The translations under genes and the position numbers were made by a program. Below are positions 8,250 through 16,441 of a stretch of DNA of 34,473 nt, one piece after another; the stretch's first letter is position 1, and every line of letters begins with the position of its first letter. This DNA comes from Candidatus Micrarchaeota archaeon (GTDB taxonomy: Archaea; Micrarchaeota; Micrarchaeia; Micrarchaeales; CABMGC01). The DNA lies in NCBI GenBank assembly GCA_021801765.1, contig JAJYXO010000019.1:1-34473 (forward strand). Reading direction: 5' to 3'. The notes under the pieces are model-generated. The model was not told the origin of the DNA, did not search any database, and worked only from the letters and a program-made list of their open reading frames with translations.

Positions 8250-9065
8250 TTACGCTTTCGCGGCGGCGGGCCAATGCTTATGTCGCTTTTCTCCGCCTTC
8301 AGCTAAAGTTATCGAGAATCCACCAGCAGGCAGATGCTGCATTATGTAGTCTATCTCATCGCTGCCTATGCCCCTGGCGATAGCCTTCGCGGCGTCGGAT
8401 TTTTTAATGGAGCCTGGAGAGAGGAAGACGCAATTCTCGACACCAAGCTTCTCGCATGTGGCAGATGGAGTTATCATTGGAATTCCGTTTCGCATAGTAG
8501 CGCAGAGCTTTAGTTCCATGTTCTTGTACCACTCCCTTTCTCCCTTCAGAAGGAAGCTTCCTGAAGAGAGCGAGCCTTTATTAGTGGATTTTGTAACCTG
8601 CTCGCGTCTCATCGAATAGACATCAACAGAAGTCTGAGCATTCTCCCATGCCTTGGAGAAGGATGCTGAGAATTGTGCAGCTTCCTCGCAGATTTCCCTT
8701 GAGGCGCTCTCGCCGGATTTTAGTATAACTACTGATGCTCCGAATATATCCGCGTGAAAGAAGAGGTCCCCAGCATCGAAATGATGGGAGTTAAGTTCCT
8801 CGTTCTGTGACGCGCTCCTTCCCCCTATGGCAAGGAGGCCGCTGCTAGTGAAAAACCAATTGAAGCGCTCGTACCATTCTCTCTTCCTTATAACCCTGAA
8901 CTTCTTCTCCTTTGGAGGTGCCTTCTCCAGTTTCCCCAGCCTGGATGCAAGTTCTTCTGCTGCCTTCCTTGCGCCCTCAGCCTTCTTCCTTAGCTTCTTG
9001 GACCTTGCGAAATATTCTTCAGCGTTCTTCTGTGCGGACTTGGTCACGTCCAGATCGAACTCCAT
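8250..9065 (-). CDS. NFACT RNA-binding domain protein (C-terminal half of Rqc2/NEMF/RqcH-like)
   Basis: LD...SAQKNAEEYF..SKKLRKK coiled coil, WYERFNWFFTSSGLLAIGGRSASQNE, DLFFHADIFGAS, FSKAW, QVTK....G.L..GSF...G.R. Confidence 0.88.
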   Translation of the reverse strand: MEFDLDVTKSAQKNAEEYFARSKKLRKKAEGARKAAEELASRLGKLEKAPPKEKKFRVIRKREWYERFNWFFTSSGLLAIGGRSASQNEELNSHHFDAGDLFFHADIFGASVVILKSGESASREICEEAAQFSASFSKAWENAQTSVDVYSMRREQVTKSTNKGSLSSGSFLLKGEREWYKNMELKLCATMRNGIPMITPSATCEKLGVENCVFLSPGSIKKSDAAKAIARGIGSDEIDYIMQHLPAGGFSITLAEGGEKRHKHWPAAAKA

Positions 9066-9069
9066 GTGC

Positions 9070-9252
9070 TCAGGTGACGAAGTTTATTATCTCAGTTATG
9101 ATGAAGCCCAGTGCGCCCAATACAAGTGTGCCTAGGAGCACAACCTTTAGCGTACGCTTGAATGTAGGCATGTCAGGCTTGTAGCTGACGCTAAGTACAT
9201 GCTTGGAATCAGAGTAGAATGATTTCAGCATTCTTTTTATGTTTATCTCCAT
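9070..9252 (-). CDS. secE: Protein translocase subunit SecE/Sec61-gamma
   Basis: 60 aa, VL....KP....F.....V...G....G.LGFII pattern with one TM helix; directly downstream of ftsZ as is usual in archaea. Confidence 0.88.
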   Translation of the reverse strand: MEINIKRMLKSFYSDSKHVLSVSYKPDMPTFKRTLKVVLLGTLVLGALGFIITEIINFVT

Positions 9253-9311
9253 TTTGCGGCACCGGTTATCTGATTATCTATTAAGAATCAAAGATATAAG
9301 TATTACGCTGA

Positions 9312-10382
9312 CTACTCTTCAAATATCTTGTCTATATCTGCGCTGCTGTTCTCCTCTATCTGCTTCTTTATGCCAGTCTCAGTATATTGGGCATACTCAA
9401 CGCCTCCGAGGACCACCATGACCTTTATGGCGCTTTTCTGCATACTTGGCTCTATTCTGGCGCCCCATTTCAGCATGGCATCTTCGCTTATCCTGCCTGC
9501 GACTTCCTGGAATATAGACTCCGCTTCCCTTAGTGTGAGATCCTCGCCGCCCACTATATTTACAAGGGCCTTTTTGGCTGTAGAGAGATCCACATCTAGC
9601 AGAGGGCTCCTGAGCGTGTTTTCTATGGCTATTGAGGCCCTATCGCTGCTCTGTGTGGAATTTGCCTCGCCTATTCCTATGACAGCATAGCCAGAATCCT
9701 TCAGCACGCTTCTTAGGTCCGCAAAGTCGAGGTTTACCATCCCAGGTTTCGTAACCATCTCTATGATGCCCTTCGTAGCGTTTGCAAGCACCTCGTCGCT
9801 TATCCTGAATGCCATGTTAAGCGGAAGGTCTGGAGCGACTGCGAGAAGCTTGTCATTTGGTATTATTATAGTGGTATCTGTAGACCTCTTTAGCTTTGCC
9901 AGGCCTTCTAGGGCGTTCCTCATCCTCACCCTACCTTCGCTGGAGAATGGCAGCGTAACTATGCCTACGCTGAGTGCGCCAGCTTCCTTTGCCTCGTGCG
10001 CTATAACAGGCGCAGAGCCCGTTCCGGTTCCTCCTCCCATCCCGCATGTTACGAAAACCAGCTGTGCATCGCTAAGTATATGCTTTATCTCCTCCCTGCT
10101 TTCTACTGCAGATTCCTCTCCGAGTTTAGGGTCGCTTCCAGCGCCGAGCCCCTTGGCAGTCTTCTTTCCCATCAATACTTTGCGGTTTGACCTTGTCCTT
10201 GCAAGATGCGAAGCGTCGGTGTTCATCGCTATAAGAGTGGCGCCTTCAATGTTTAGCTCAGAGACCCTGCTCATCGTATTAGATCCGCTTCCGCCTGCGC
10301 CTACAACGTATATCTTCGGCTTTGCAGCCTCTATGAATTTAAGCAAATCTTCATCATCAGGTGAGAAGATAGGTTCTGCCAT
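9312..10382 (-). CDS. ftsZ: Cell division protein FtsZ
   Basis: GAGGSGSN, NTD, GLGAGSDP, tubulin signature GMGGGTGTG, IPNDKL, NLDFADL; ATG 10382 (MAEPIF) chosen because the longer ORF overlaps tyrS. Confidence 0.98.
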   Translation of the reverse strand: MAEPIFSPDDEDLLKFIEAAKPKIYVVGAGGSGSNTMSRVSELNIEGATLIAMNTDASHLARTRSNRKVLMGKKTAKGLGAGSDPKLGEESAVESREEIKHILSDAQLVFVTCGMGGGTGTGSAPVIAHEAKEAGALSVGIVTLPFSSEGRVRMRNALEGLAKLKRSTDTTIIIPNDKLLAVAPDLPLNMAFRISDEVLANATKGIIEMVTKPGMVNLDFADLRSVLKDSGYAVIGIGEANSTQSSDRASIAIENTLRSPLLDVDLSTAKKALVNIVGGEDLTLREAESIFQEVAGRISEDAMLKWGARIEPSMQKSAIKVMVVLGGVEYAQYTETGIKKQIEENSSADIDKIFEE

Positions 10383-10551
10383 CGGTATCGCCCCGATGAC
10401 TTTAAGTAGTAAAAACATAAAAAGATATAGGAGCGCGATAATGCGCGGCGGGTAAATCGCCTGCGTGTTGCAATAGCCCTCATGCGGCTTTGTATTCAAA
10501 CAAAACAGCAGTAATATTAATTTATACAGAGGAATGCTTCTGTGGTGCCTG

Positions 10552-11616
10552 ATGGACGTAGACAGGAGGATAGAGCTTATAATGTCCGACCCTGCAGAAG
10601 AGGTAATAACAGAGGGAGACTTGCGCGATATTCTGGAGACCAAGGCAAGGCCTAAGCACTATATAGGGCTTGAGATAAGCGGCATGCCGCACATAGGACA
10701 CATACTAGTGGCAGGCAAGAAGGTGAACGACCTTTCAGAAGCTGGTGTTGATACGCAGATCTTCCTTGCTGACTGGCATACTGTCGCAAATAACAAGCTT
10801 GGAGGAGATTGGGATAAGATAACTGAAGCAGCGAAGTTTTATAGGAGGCTCTTCAACTTTTTCTGCCCGAAGGCAAAGATTGTACTTGGGAGCGATCTTT
10901 ACAAGAACAACGACGATTACTGGAGGTTGATAATACAGATGGCAAGAAAGACAACGATGGCTAGGGCTACGCGGACGCTGTTGATAGAAGGAAGGAGCGA
11001 GAAAGATACACTCCACGTATCCCAATATATATACCCCATAATGCAGGCGGCAGACATCCGTGCCCTCGAAGCGGATATACCCCACGCAGGCGTAGACCAG
11101 AGGAGGGTGCATGTTCTTGCAAAGGAGTTATTCAGAGACCTTGGCCTTGGAAAGATAGCGCCTCTTCATCATCATCTGCTCGCATCTCTGGCAGAGCCTC
11201 CGAAAGTTTCGGAGAATGCAGAGAAGGAAGAGATTGTGGCTGCTATGAAGATGAGCAAATCAAAGCGAGGCTCTGCGATTTCAATACTTGCAAAGAAGGC
11301 AGATATAGAGAGCATACTCTCCGGCGCTTGGTCTCCTGCGATGATGGTAAAGGAGAACCCAGTGCTTGAGATATGCAGATATGTGATATTTCCCATCTCT
11401 AAGAAGATGAAAGTTGAGAGAGATGCAAAATACGGAGGCGACGCTGAATATTACTCCTATAAGGAAATTGAGGCTGCATATGCGGAAGGGAAACTGCATC
11501 CTGCAGACCTTAAGAGCAGCGTAGCTAAGGAATTAAACAAGATAATAGAGCCCATAAGAAATGCGTTCGGAAGCGAAGAGGAATCGCTGCTGGGTTTGTT
11601 CGGACTTAAGAATTGA
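10552..11616 (+). CDS. tyrS: Tyrosine--tRNA ligase (archaeal type)
   Basis: YIGLEISG.PHIGH, ADWH, YPIMQAADI, GVDQRRVH, KMSKS, LHPADLK. Confidence 0.96.
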   Translation: MDVDRRIELIMSDPAEEVITEGDLRDILETKARPKHYIGLEISGMPHIGHILVAGKKVNDLSEAGVDTQIFLADWHTVANNKLGGDWDKITEAAKFYRRLFNFFCPKAKIVLGSDLYKNNDDYWRLIIQMARKTTMARATRTLLIEGRSEKDTLHVSQYIYPIMQAADIRALEADIPHAGVDQRRVHVLAKELFRDLGLGKIAPLHHHLLASLAEPPKVSENAEKEEIVAAMKMSKSKRGSAISILAKKADIESILSGAWSPAMMVKENPVLEICRYVIFPISKKMKVERDAKYGGDAEYYSYKEIEAAYAEGKLHPADLKSSVAKELNKIIEPIRNAFGSEEESLLGLFGLKN

Positions 11617-11667
11617 TATGTTAGCAGTTAGCAAAGTAGCTAAGATCCCGCAACTCTTTAACGCCAA

Positions 11668-12729
11668 TCATGGCCCAGTTTCGCTGAGCAGGGATATCTT
11701 CTTGCGCCGCCTGGTTACATGCAGATAATATGCCGCCGCAATTATTGCCATTGCTACTACTAAAATGTAGTAGGCATAGGTTTTATTCGCGCCAATAACA
11801 GAAGGTGTGTTGGGTTGGCTAGGCTGCTTTGCAGTATTTTGTGAAGTCGATATGTTTGAGTTTATTGAAGATAGTTCAGACACAAAATTGCCTTCGTACT
11901 GGGGAATGGAGGCGTATGGATTTGAAGATGAATTATCAGTAAGATATACCCATCCTGCATATTTGGATAGCTCCGAGAGATACGAGGCATTGAAGTTTTT
12001 AACACCGTATGCTATTACTGCAAAATCTGACCTGGGATAGCCGGATGTTCTGCTCTCCATCAGTGCCAGCGGAGGCAGGCCGAATCCTTCATACACCACG
12101 AAAGAATTCATAAGCCCAATGTAATTGCCAGAGAATGAGGTGCCGGGATCTCCCACAGTGAAATTAAACCCATCAGCCGAAGCATGACTCTTTATGTTGG
12201 AATAATAATCAATATCTGAAGAGGAACTGTTCATGCCATCAAACATTATCCCGCCTACCCCATACCATTTTTTATAATCGCTTATTTCTGCGTCTACAGT
12301 ACTTATATTTACCGCACCGTAACCGGTATATACGTAGCCTAGCACTATTATGCCTGCGGATCGGAGTGAGTTTATGCCTCTGGTGAAGTTTGGATCAGGC
12401 TGGGGCCCTGGTCCGCTATCCGGATTTACTATTGCTATCATTGGTACAGAGGGGTTTGCATTCTTAATGCTTATAAGCCCGGACCAGCTCTGCGATGTAG
12501 GATAGCTGTAGAGAGGCACAAGCACCCCCAGTTTCCCATCAGTATAATTGCTTGCAGGTTGATACGCGTAAGCTTCATGCCCGACAGCCAGGATCAAGAT
12601 TGGCAGTAGTAGGAAGATTAATGGCATTATAAGAAGAAGCTTAGAGGCAACACGCCTTTTGTAGAATATCAAAGTTCCTTTGCAGATGTGCGAAATATGC
12701 CACATCGCATTCGCCATAAGGTATGACAT
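11668..12729 (-). CDS. Membrane-anchored spherulation-specific family 4 (GH135/Sph3-like) protein
   Basis: VPLYSYP, IVNPDSGPG, VLGYVYTGYG, GIMFD, VGDPG, VVYEG; N-terminal signal-like segment and C-terminal TM followed by RRRKK; true start may be 12717, 12705 or 12627. Confidence 0.8.
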   Translation of the reverse strand: MSYLMANAMWHISHICKGTLIFYKRRVASKLLLIMPLIFLLLPILILAVGHEAYAYQPASNYTDGKLGVLVPLYSYPTSQSWSGLISIKNANPSVPMIAIVNPDSGPGPQPDPNFTRGINSLRSAGIIVLGYVYTGYGAVNISTVDAEISDYKKWYGVGGIMFDGMNSSSSDIDYYSNIKSHASADGFNFTVGDPGTSFSGNYIGLMNSFVVYEGFGLPPLALMESRTSGYPRSDFAVIAYGVKNFNASYLSELSKYAGWVYLTDNSSSNPYASIPQYEGNFVSELSSINSNISTSQNTAKQPSQPNTPSVIGANKTYAYYILVVAMAIIAAAYYLHVTRRRKKISLLSETGP

Positions 12730-12901
12730 GCTAGCTTAAAAGCTTTGCGTTAACTTCGCAGTTCGAAGGAATTCGGCTGCTGCATTTTCCTAATATTACG
12801 CAGAAACAAAATAAGATCTAGGAGAGATTAATGTCAACATTGGATAGTGAATTATTATAGCAGACCAAAGTTGGCAAAGGAAGCTGGCGCCGGGACTGGG
12901 A

Positions 12902-12930
12902 ATTTCATTAGCTTCCTTTCGGAAACTAAG
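12902..12930 (-). other. 29-nt tRNA intron at position 59/60 (T loop)
   Basis: Strict BHB: GGG/CCC outer helix, TTCA/TGAA central helix, AAC and ATT bulges, 9-bp TTAGTTTCC-GAAA-GGAAGCTAA inner hairpin. Confidence 0.9.
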
Positions 12931-12969
12931 TTTGAACCCAGATGGCCCGAAGGCCACCAGATCTCGAGT

Positions 12970-12984
12970 TTCGCCAATTTAATT
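12970..12984 (-). other. 15-nt tRNA intron at position 30/31
   Basis: AATTAAATTGGCGAA; relaxed BHB with CGCC/GGCG central helix and AGA/AAA bulges; removal restores the anticodon stem. Confidence 0.8.
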
Positions 12985-13036
12985 CTGGCGCGTTGCCTGA
13001 TTCCGCCATCCCGGCATATTAGATTTTCACAATAAT

Positions 13037-13044
13037 TATATAAA
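13037..13044 (-). promoter_or_regulatory. TATA box of the tRNA-Ser gene
   Basis: TTTATATA about 25 nt upstream of the tRNA 5' end. Confidence 0.7.
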
Positions 13045-13215
13045 CTCGTGGCAGATGCGCAGGCTAAGTGATGAATCAGCATGTACCGATAAAATGGAGT
13101 GGTTTTTTAAATGTGAGGCTGTAATCCTTACTAATCACTGCGCTTTAAAGGTGTTCAGATAAACAAAGAGATAGTTGGAAGATTCCTGTCAATAGCGATC
13201 TTTGCGATCCTTGCA

Positions 13216-14703
13216 GTGGTAGGTTTCTTCTTTTCCATATATCTTCTGACAACAGCGAAGACGGTTTACATGTTAGTCCTTGCGCTGGCGTTTATGTCAC
13301 TAACTTTAATCTCAGGATTCTTTAATATCTTCACATCGTACTCCTACTACAGATCATACTTCTACGACAAGCATATAAAGGAGATAAGCGCAGGTCTGAA
13401 GGCTATCACCAAGTATCCTACTGTTGCAGTTGCAGTGCCAGTATACAACGAGGATGTCAGGCTCGTGGAGAAGAATCTCTTGCGGCTTAAGGAGATGAGC
13501 TACCCGAAGGAGAAAATAAAATATTACCTGCTAGATGATTCAACTGAGAAGGACGTTATAAATGAACTCAGAGCCTTTAGCAGAAAGAACGGTGTAAGAT
13601 ATATACACAGAGGTTCGAGGAGTGGATTCAAGGCTGGGGCATTGAATAATATGCTGAAGCATTCGAGGGAGGAATTTATAGCCATCTTCGATTATGACGA
13701 GTACCTAACAGATACCAACTTCCTAAATGAGCTCCTACCGTATTTCGATGATAAAGATCTCTCGTACGTGCAGACAGAGAAGCATTACTCCAAAGGCAAC
13801 TTCTTCTCAGACACCATAGACCTCTTCGATGCATTCTTCTTCAAGTTTATACAACCTGCAAGAGCACTTAATAATACGGCAATATTCGCAGGGTCTTGCG
13901 GCATCATAAGGAGAGATTACTTGGAGGCTGTCAAAGGATTTCCGGAATACTTGGTCGAAGATACATTCTTCAGCTTCGAGTCTGATGTGCATGGATACAA
14001 GAGCATTTATGTGCCTAAAGTATATGCGCTAGGAAAGCCGATAAAGACATTCACTGAACTTGTAAAACAGCAATGGAGGTATAACTACGGCGATACGCAA
14101 TTCATGATTTATTTCCTGAAGAGGCTAAAGGGGAAGAGGAAGGGAATCACGCCGCTATCTAGCATAGATTATATGACCCACGGGTTGGGCCTGAACTACA
14201 TCTCAGTGGTGCTGTTGCTATTCACCGTACTCTCAGTACTTATAGTATTTGCCCAAGTCAGCGCCCCAGGAGTATCCCTGTACGGTATAATAAACGGCAG
14301 GTATCTCGGATTCTACCTGGAGATGATAGGAATATCCGCCTTTGCGCTTTCAGTAGTAGCTCCAGTGATACTTACAAAGATGTACTTCAAGTCAGTAAGC
14401 AAAGGGATGATGATCTTCTTGCTTAACTTTTCGCTGGCCTTCATAAGAGCCAAGGCAGCTGCGGGAGCGCTACTCAAACTCAAGGGCAAGGCAGTCTGGA
14501 ACCGTGGGACAGGGAAGACGGTGGGATTTGAGCATCTTAGGTATGCGCTGAGAAACTCTTTCACAGAGGTTCTCTTCTCATTTGCGCTATTTGCATTCAG
14601 TATTTTCGCAATAGGCATAGACAATCTCTACGGAAGCCTATGGCTGCTCTGGTACGGCATACTTTACATCTCTACATTCTTCCTTTTCTATAAATACGGG
14701 TGA
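13216..14703 (+). CDS. Membrane-bound GT2 glycosyltransferase (cellulose-synthase-like)
   Basis: VPVYNE, LDDS, GFKAGALN, IFDYD, VQT, GSCG, VEDT, QQWRY (QxxRW variant); N- and C-terminal TM helices. Confidence 0.88.
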   Translation: MVGFFFSIYLLTTAKTVYMLVLALAFMSLTLISGFFNIFTSYSYYRSYFYDKHIKEISAGLKAITKYPTVAVAVPVYNEDVRLVEKNLLRLKEMSYPKEKIKYYLLDDSTEKDVINELRAFSRKNGVRYIHRGSRSGFKAGALNNMLKHSREEFIAIFDYDEYLTDTNFLNELLPYFDDKDLSYVQTEKHYSKGNFFSDTIDLFDAFFFKFIQPARALNNTAIFAGSCGIIRRDYLEAVKGFPEYLVEDTFFSFESDVHGYKSIYVPKVYALGKPIKTFTELVKQQWRYNYGDTQFMIYFLKRLKGKRKGITPLSSIDYMTHGLGLNYISVVLLLFTVLSVLIVFAQVSAPGVSLYGIINGRYLGFYLEMIGISAFALSVVAPVILTKMYFKSVSKGMMIFLLNFSLAFIRAKAAAGALLKLKGKAVWNRGTGKTVGFEHLRYALRNSFTEVLFSFALFAFSIFAIGIDNLYGSLWLLWYGILYISTFFLFYKYG

Positions 14704-14716
14704 TGATGCGCTCTAT

Positions 14717-15016
14717 GTGAAGGTTTACAGCACTGAGCATGGGAATGTGGTTGCGATGTGCGACAATGAGCTTATAGGGAACATTTACGCGGAAGGCAGG
14801 ATGGAACTTAACCTGAAGGATTATGCAGAATTCTACAAAGGGGAGCTCGTAGATGAAAGCGAAGCTGAGGATGGAGTTAAGGGCGAGTTGATATATTCTG
14901 CGAATGTTATAGGGGAGAGGTCGGTAGGCATATTCCTGAAGAATGGAATAGCAGGAGAGGAAAACATCAGAAGGATTAGCGGCATACCTTTCATACAGAT
15001 ATACAATCTAATTTAG
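14717..15016 (+). CDS. DUF424 family protein
   Basis: VVAMCD.ELIG, FYKGE, ANVIGERSV, I.GIPFIQ. Confidence 0.85.
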   Translation: MKVYSTEHGNVVAMCDNELIGNIYAEGRMELNLKDYAEFYKGELVDESEAEDGVKGELIYSANVIGERSVGIFLKNGIAGEENIRRISGIPFIQIYNLI

Positions 15017-15354
15017 CTTTTCAACTTGAGTATTGCCCCAGCTATATCCCCATTTGATTCCTCAAGCGCAGCTCTTACCGCTGAGTCGTCATTTATCCCT
15101 GTCTGCTCCTTGACTAGTTTAATATCCTCATCGCTTATCTCTGTGCCAGATGCCTTAGGTTTCTCACTGATGCTACCTGTTATCTGGAATATCTTGTTAC
15201 CTTGCATCTCTATCAGGACTACATTCGGGTTATCTATCACTATGTCAGAGTCCTTTCCCTCTATCACTACCCTACCTGCAGCTATCTCAGTGTTTTTCAT
15301 TCCCATGCTTTCCATCATTCTCTTCATGGCTCTAGGATCCATGTTTGGAATCAT
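15013..15354 (-). CDS. nac: Nascent polypeptide-associated complex protein
   Basis: MDPRAMKRMMESMGM NAC domain; C-terminal UBA-like EDIKLVKEQTG...ALEESNGDIAGAILKL. Confidence 0.93.
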   Translation of the reverse strand: MIPNMDPRAMKRMMESMGMKNTEIAAGRVVIEGKDSDIVIDNPNVVLIEMQGNKIFQITGSISEKPKASGTEISDEDIKLVKEQTGINDDSAVRAALEESNGDIAGAILKLKS

Positions 15355-15416
15355 TACCTCACAACGCATAAGATATGGGTATAAACTTATTTATAATATA
15401 TAGGAGAAGTTAGAGC

Positions 15417-15698
15417 ATGGAAGGCAGGTCAAGGCAGAAGATACCTGGAGGGAAGTTGGTAGAAGTTAGGGTAGAATATGGAGAAAGGATACTTGGGGTG
15501 GAGATTGTAGGGGATTTCTTTATGCATCCTGAAGAGGCCCTTGGGAGGATAGAAGATTGCCTTATAGGTATGCGTTCAGGCGAAGCCGAAGGCGCAATGG
15601 TAGAGGCGATAAGGAAGGAGGCTGAGAATGCGGGTGTAGAAATGATAGGGATTTCTCCTGAAGCAATTGCAAAGGCAATAAAGATGGCGATCGGATGA
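15417..15698 (+). CDS. Lipoate-protein ligase small/C-terminal subunit (LplB/LplA-C)
   Basis: KIPGGKLVEV...I.GDFFMHPEEAL..IE..L.G; ATGA overlap with the catalytic subunit gene. Confidence 0.85.
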   Translation: MEGRSRQKIPGGKLVEVRVEYGERILGVEIVGDFFMHPEEALGRIEDCLIGMRSGEAEGAMVEAIRKEAENAGVEMIGISPEAIAKAIKMAIG

Positions 15699-16441
15699 AG
15701 TGGAGGCTAGTCAAGTTCAGCAAGAACTCTGCATTTATGAATATGAGCATAGATGAAGCTATATTGGAGATGGTTAGGGATGGACTATCTCCGCCTACGA
15801 TAAGGTTATACGGATGGTCACCAGACGCCGTCTCAATAGGATGCTTCCAAAGCATGGAAGAGGAGGTGAATGTAAAGAGGTGCATGGAGCTTGGAGTGGA
15901 TTGCGTCAGGAGGATAACAGGTGGAGGGGCAGTTTATCATGATTCTGAAGGAGAGCTGACGTACAGCATTATTGCAAGAGAAGATCTTTTCCCAAAAGGG
16001 ATCAGAGAGAGCTATAGGGAGATCTGCGGATATGTGGTTAGAGGGCTTGGGAAGATAGGCATAAGCGCAGAGTTTGCGCCTATAAATGATATAGTGACAC
16101 ATGGTAAGAAGATCTCCGGAAATGCGCAGACTAGGAGAGAGGGGGTTCTTCTACAGCACGGCACTATACTTTATTCTTTAGATGTAAGGAAGATGTTTGG
16201 CGTGCTTAACGTTAGCAAAGAGAAGATATCCGACAAAATGATTAAGAATGTGGAAGAGCGTGTCACGTCTGTAAGGAGTTATTCAGATGCCTCAATTGAG
16301 AAACTCTGTGAATCTATTGAAACTGCTTTTACTGAAGGCAGAGAGTATGATATAGGCAGGGTAAGCAATGAAGAGCTCTCAAAGGCAAACGGGCTGGCAA
16401 AGAACAAGTATGGCTCACGCGATTGGAACTTCAGAAGATAG
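15695..16441 (+). CDS. lplA: Lipoate-protein ligase catalytic subunit (LplA-N/LipM-like)
   Basis: NMSIDEA, VSIGCFQ, VRRITGGGAVYHD, NDI...GKKISGNAQ, LQHGTIL. Confidence 0.9.
   Translation: MKWRLVKFSKNSAFMNMSIDEAILEMVRDGLSPPTIRLYGWSPDAVSIGCFQSMEEEVNVKRCMELGVDCVRRITGGGAVYHDSEGELTYSIIAREDLFPKGIRESYREICGYVVRGLGKIGISAEFAPINDIVTHGKKISGNAQTRREGVLLQHGTILYSLDVRKMFGVLNVSKEKISDKMIKNVEERVTSVRSYSDASIEKLCESIETAFTEGREYDIGRVSNEELSKANGLAKNKYGSRDWNFRR

Larger units (their letters stand above)
12885..13015 (-). tRNA. tRNA-Ser(CGA) with two introns (30/31 and 59/60), CCA encoded
   Basis: Spliced 87-nt cloverleaf: acceptor GCCGGGA/TCCCGGC, G73, CCA, anticodon arm CCAGA-CTCGAGA-TCTGG (CGA at 12966-12964), long variable arm GGCC-TTCG-GGCC, T arm CTGGG-TTCAAAT-CCCAG. 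Confidence 0.93.

Noticed and set aside
9328..10455. Long antisense ORFs (for example 9763-10455, and similarly 1139-1573, 1974-2441, 22265-22771)
   Set aside because: Shadow frames opposite well-supported genes, with no recognisable motifs
10431..10490. GC-rich short hairpins between ftsZ and tyrS (possible ncRNA)
   Set aside because: Only weak stems of a few base pairs; no tRNA, SRP or C/D box features recognised
10383..10643. 87-aa N-terminal extension of FtsZ in the ORF track
   Set aside because: Overlaps the divergent tyrS start and promoter region and has no FtsZ similarity; ATG 10382 gives a normal-length FtsZ
12847..13082. 62-aa and 75-aa ORFs
   Set aside because: They overlap the tRNA-Ser gene
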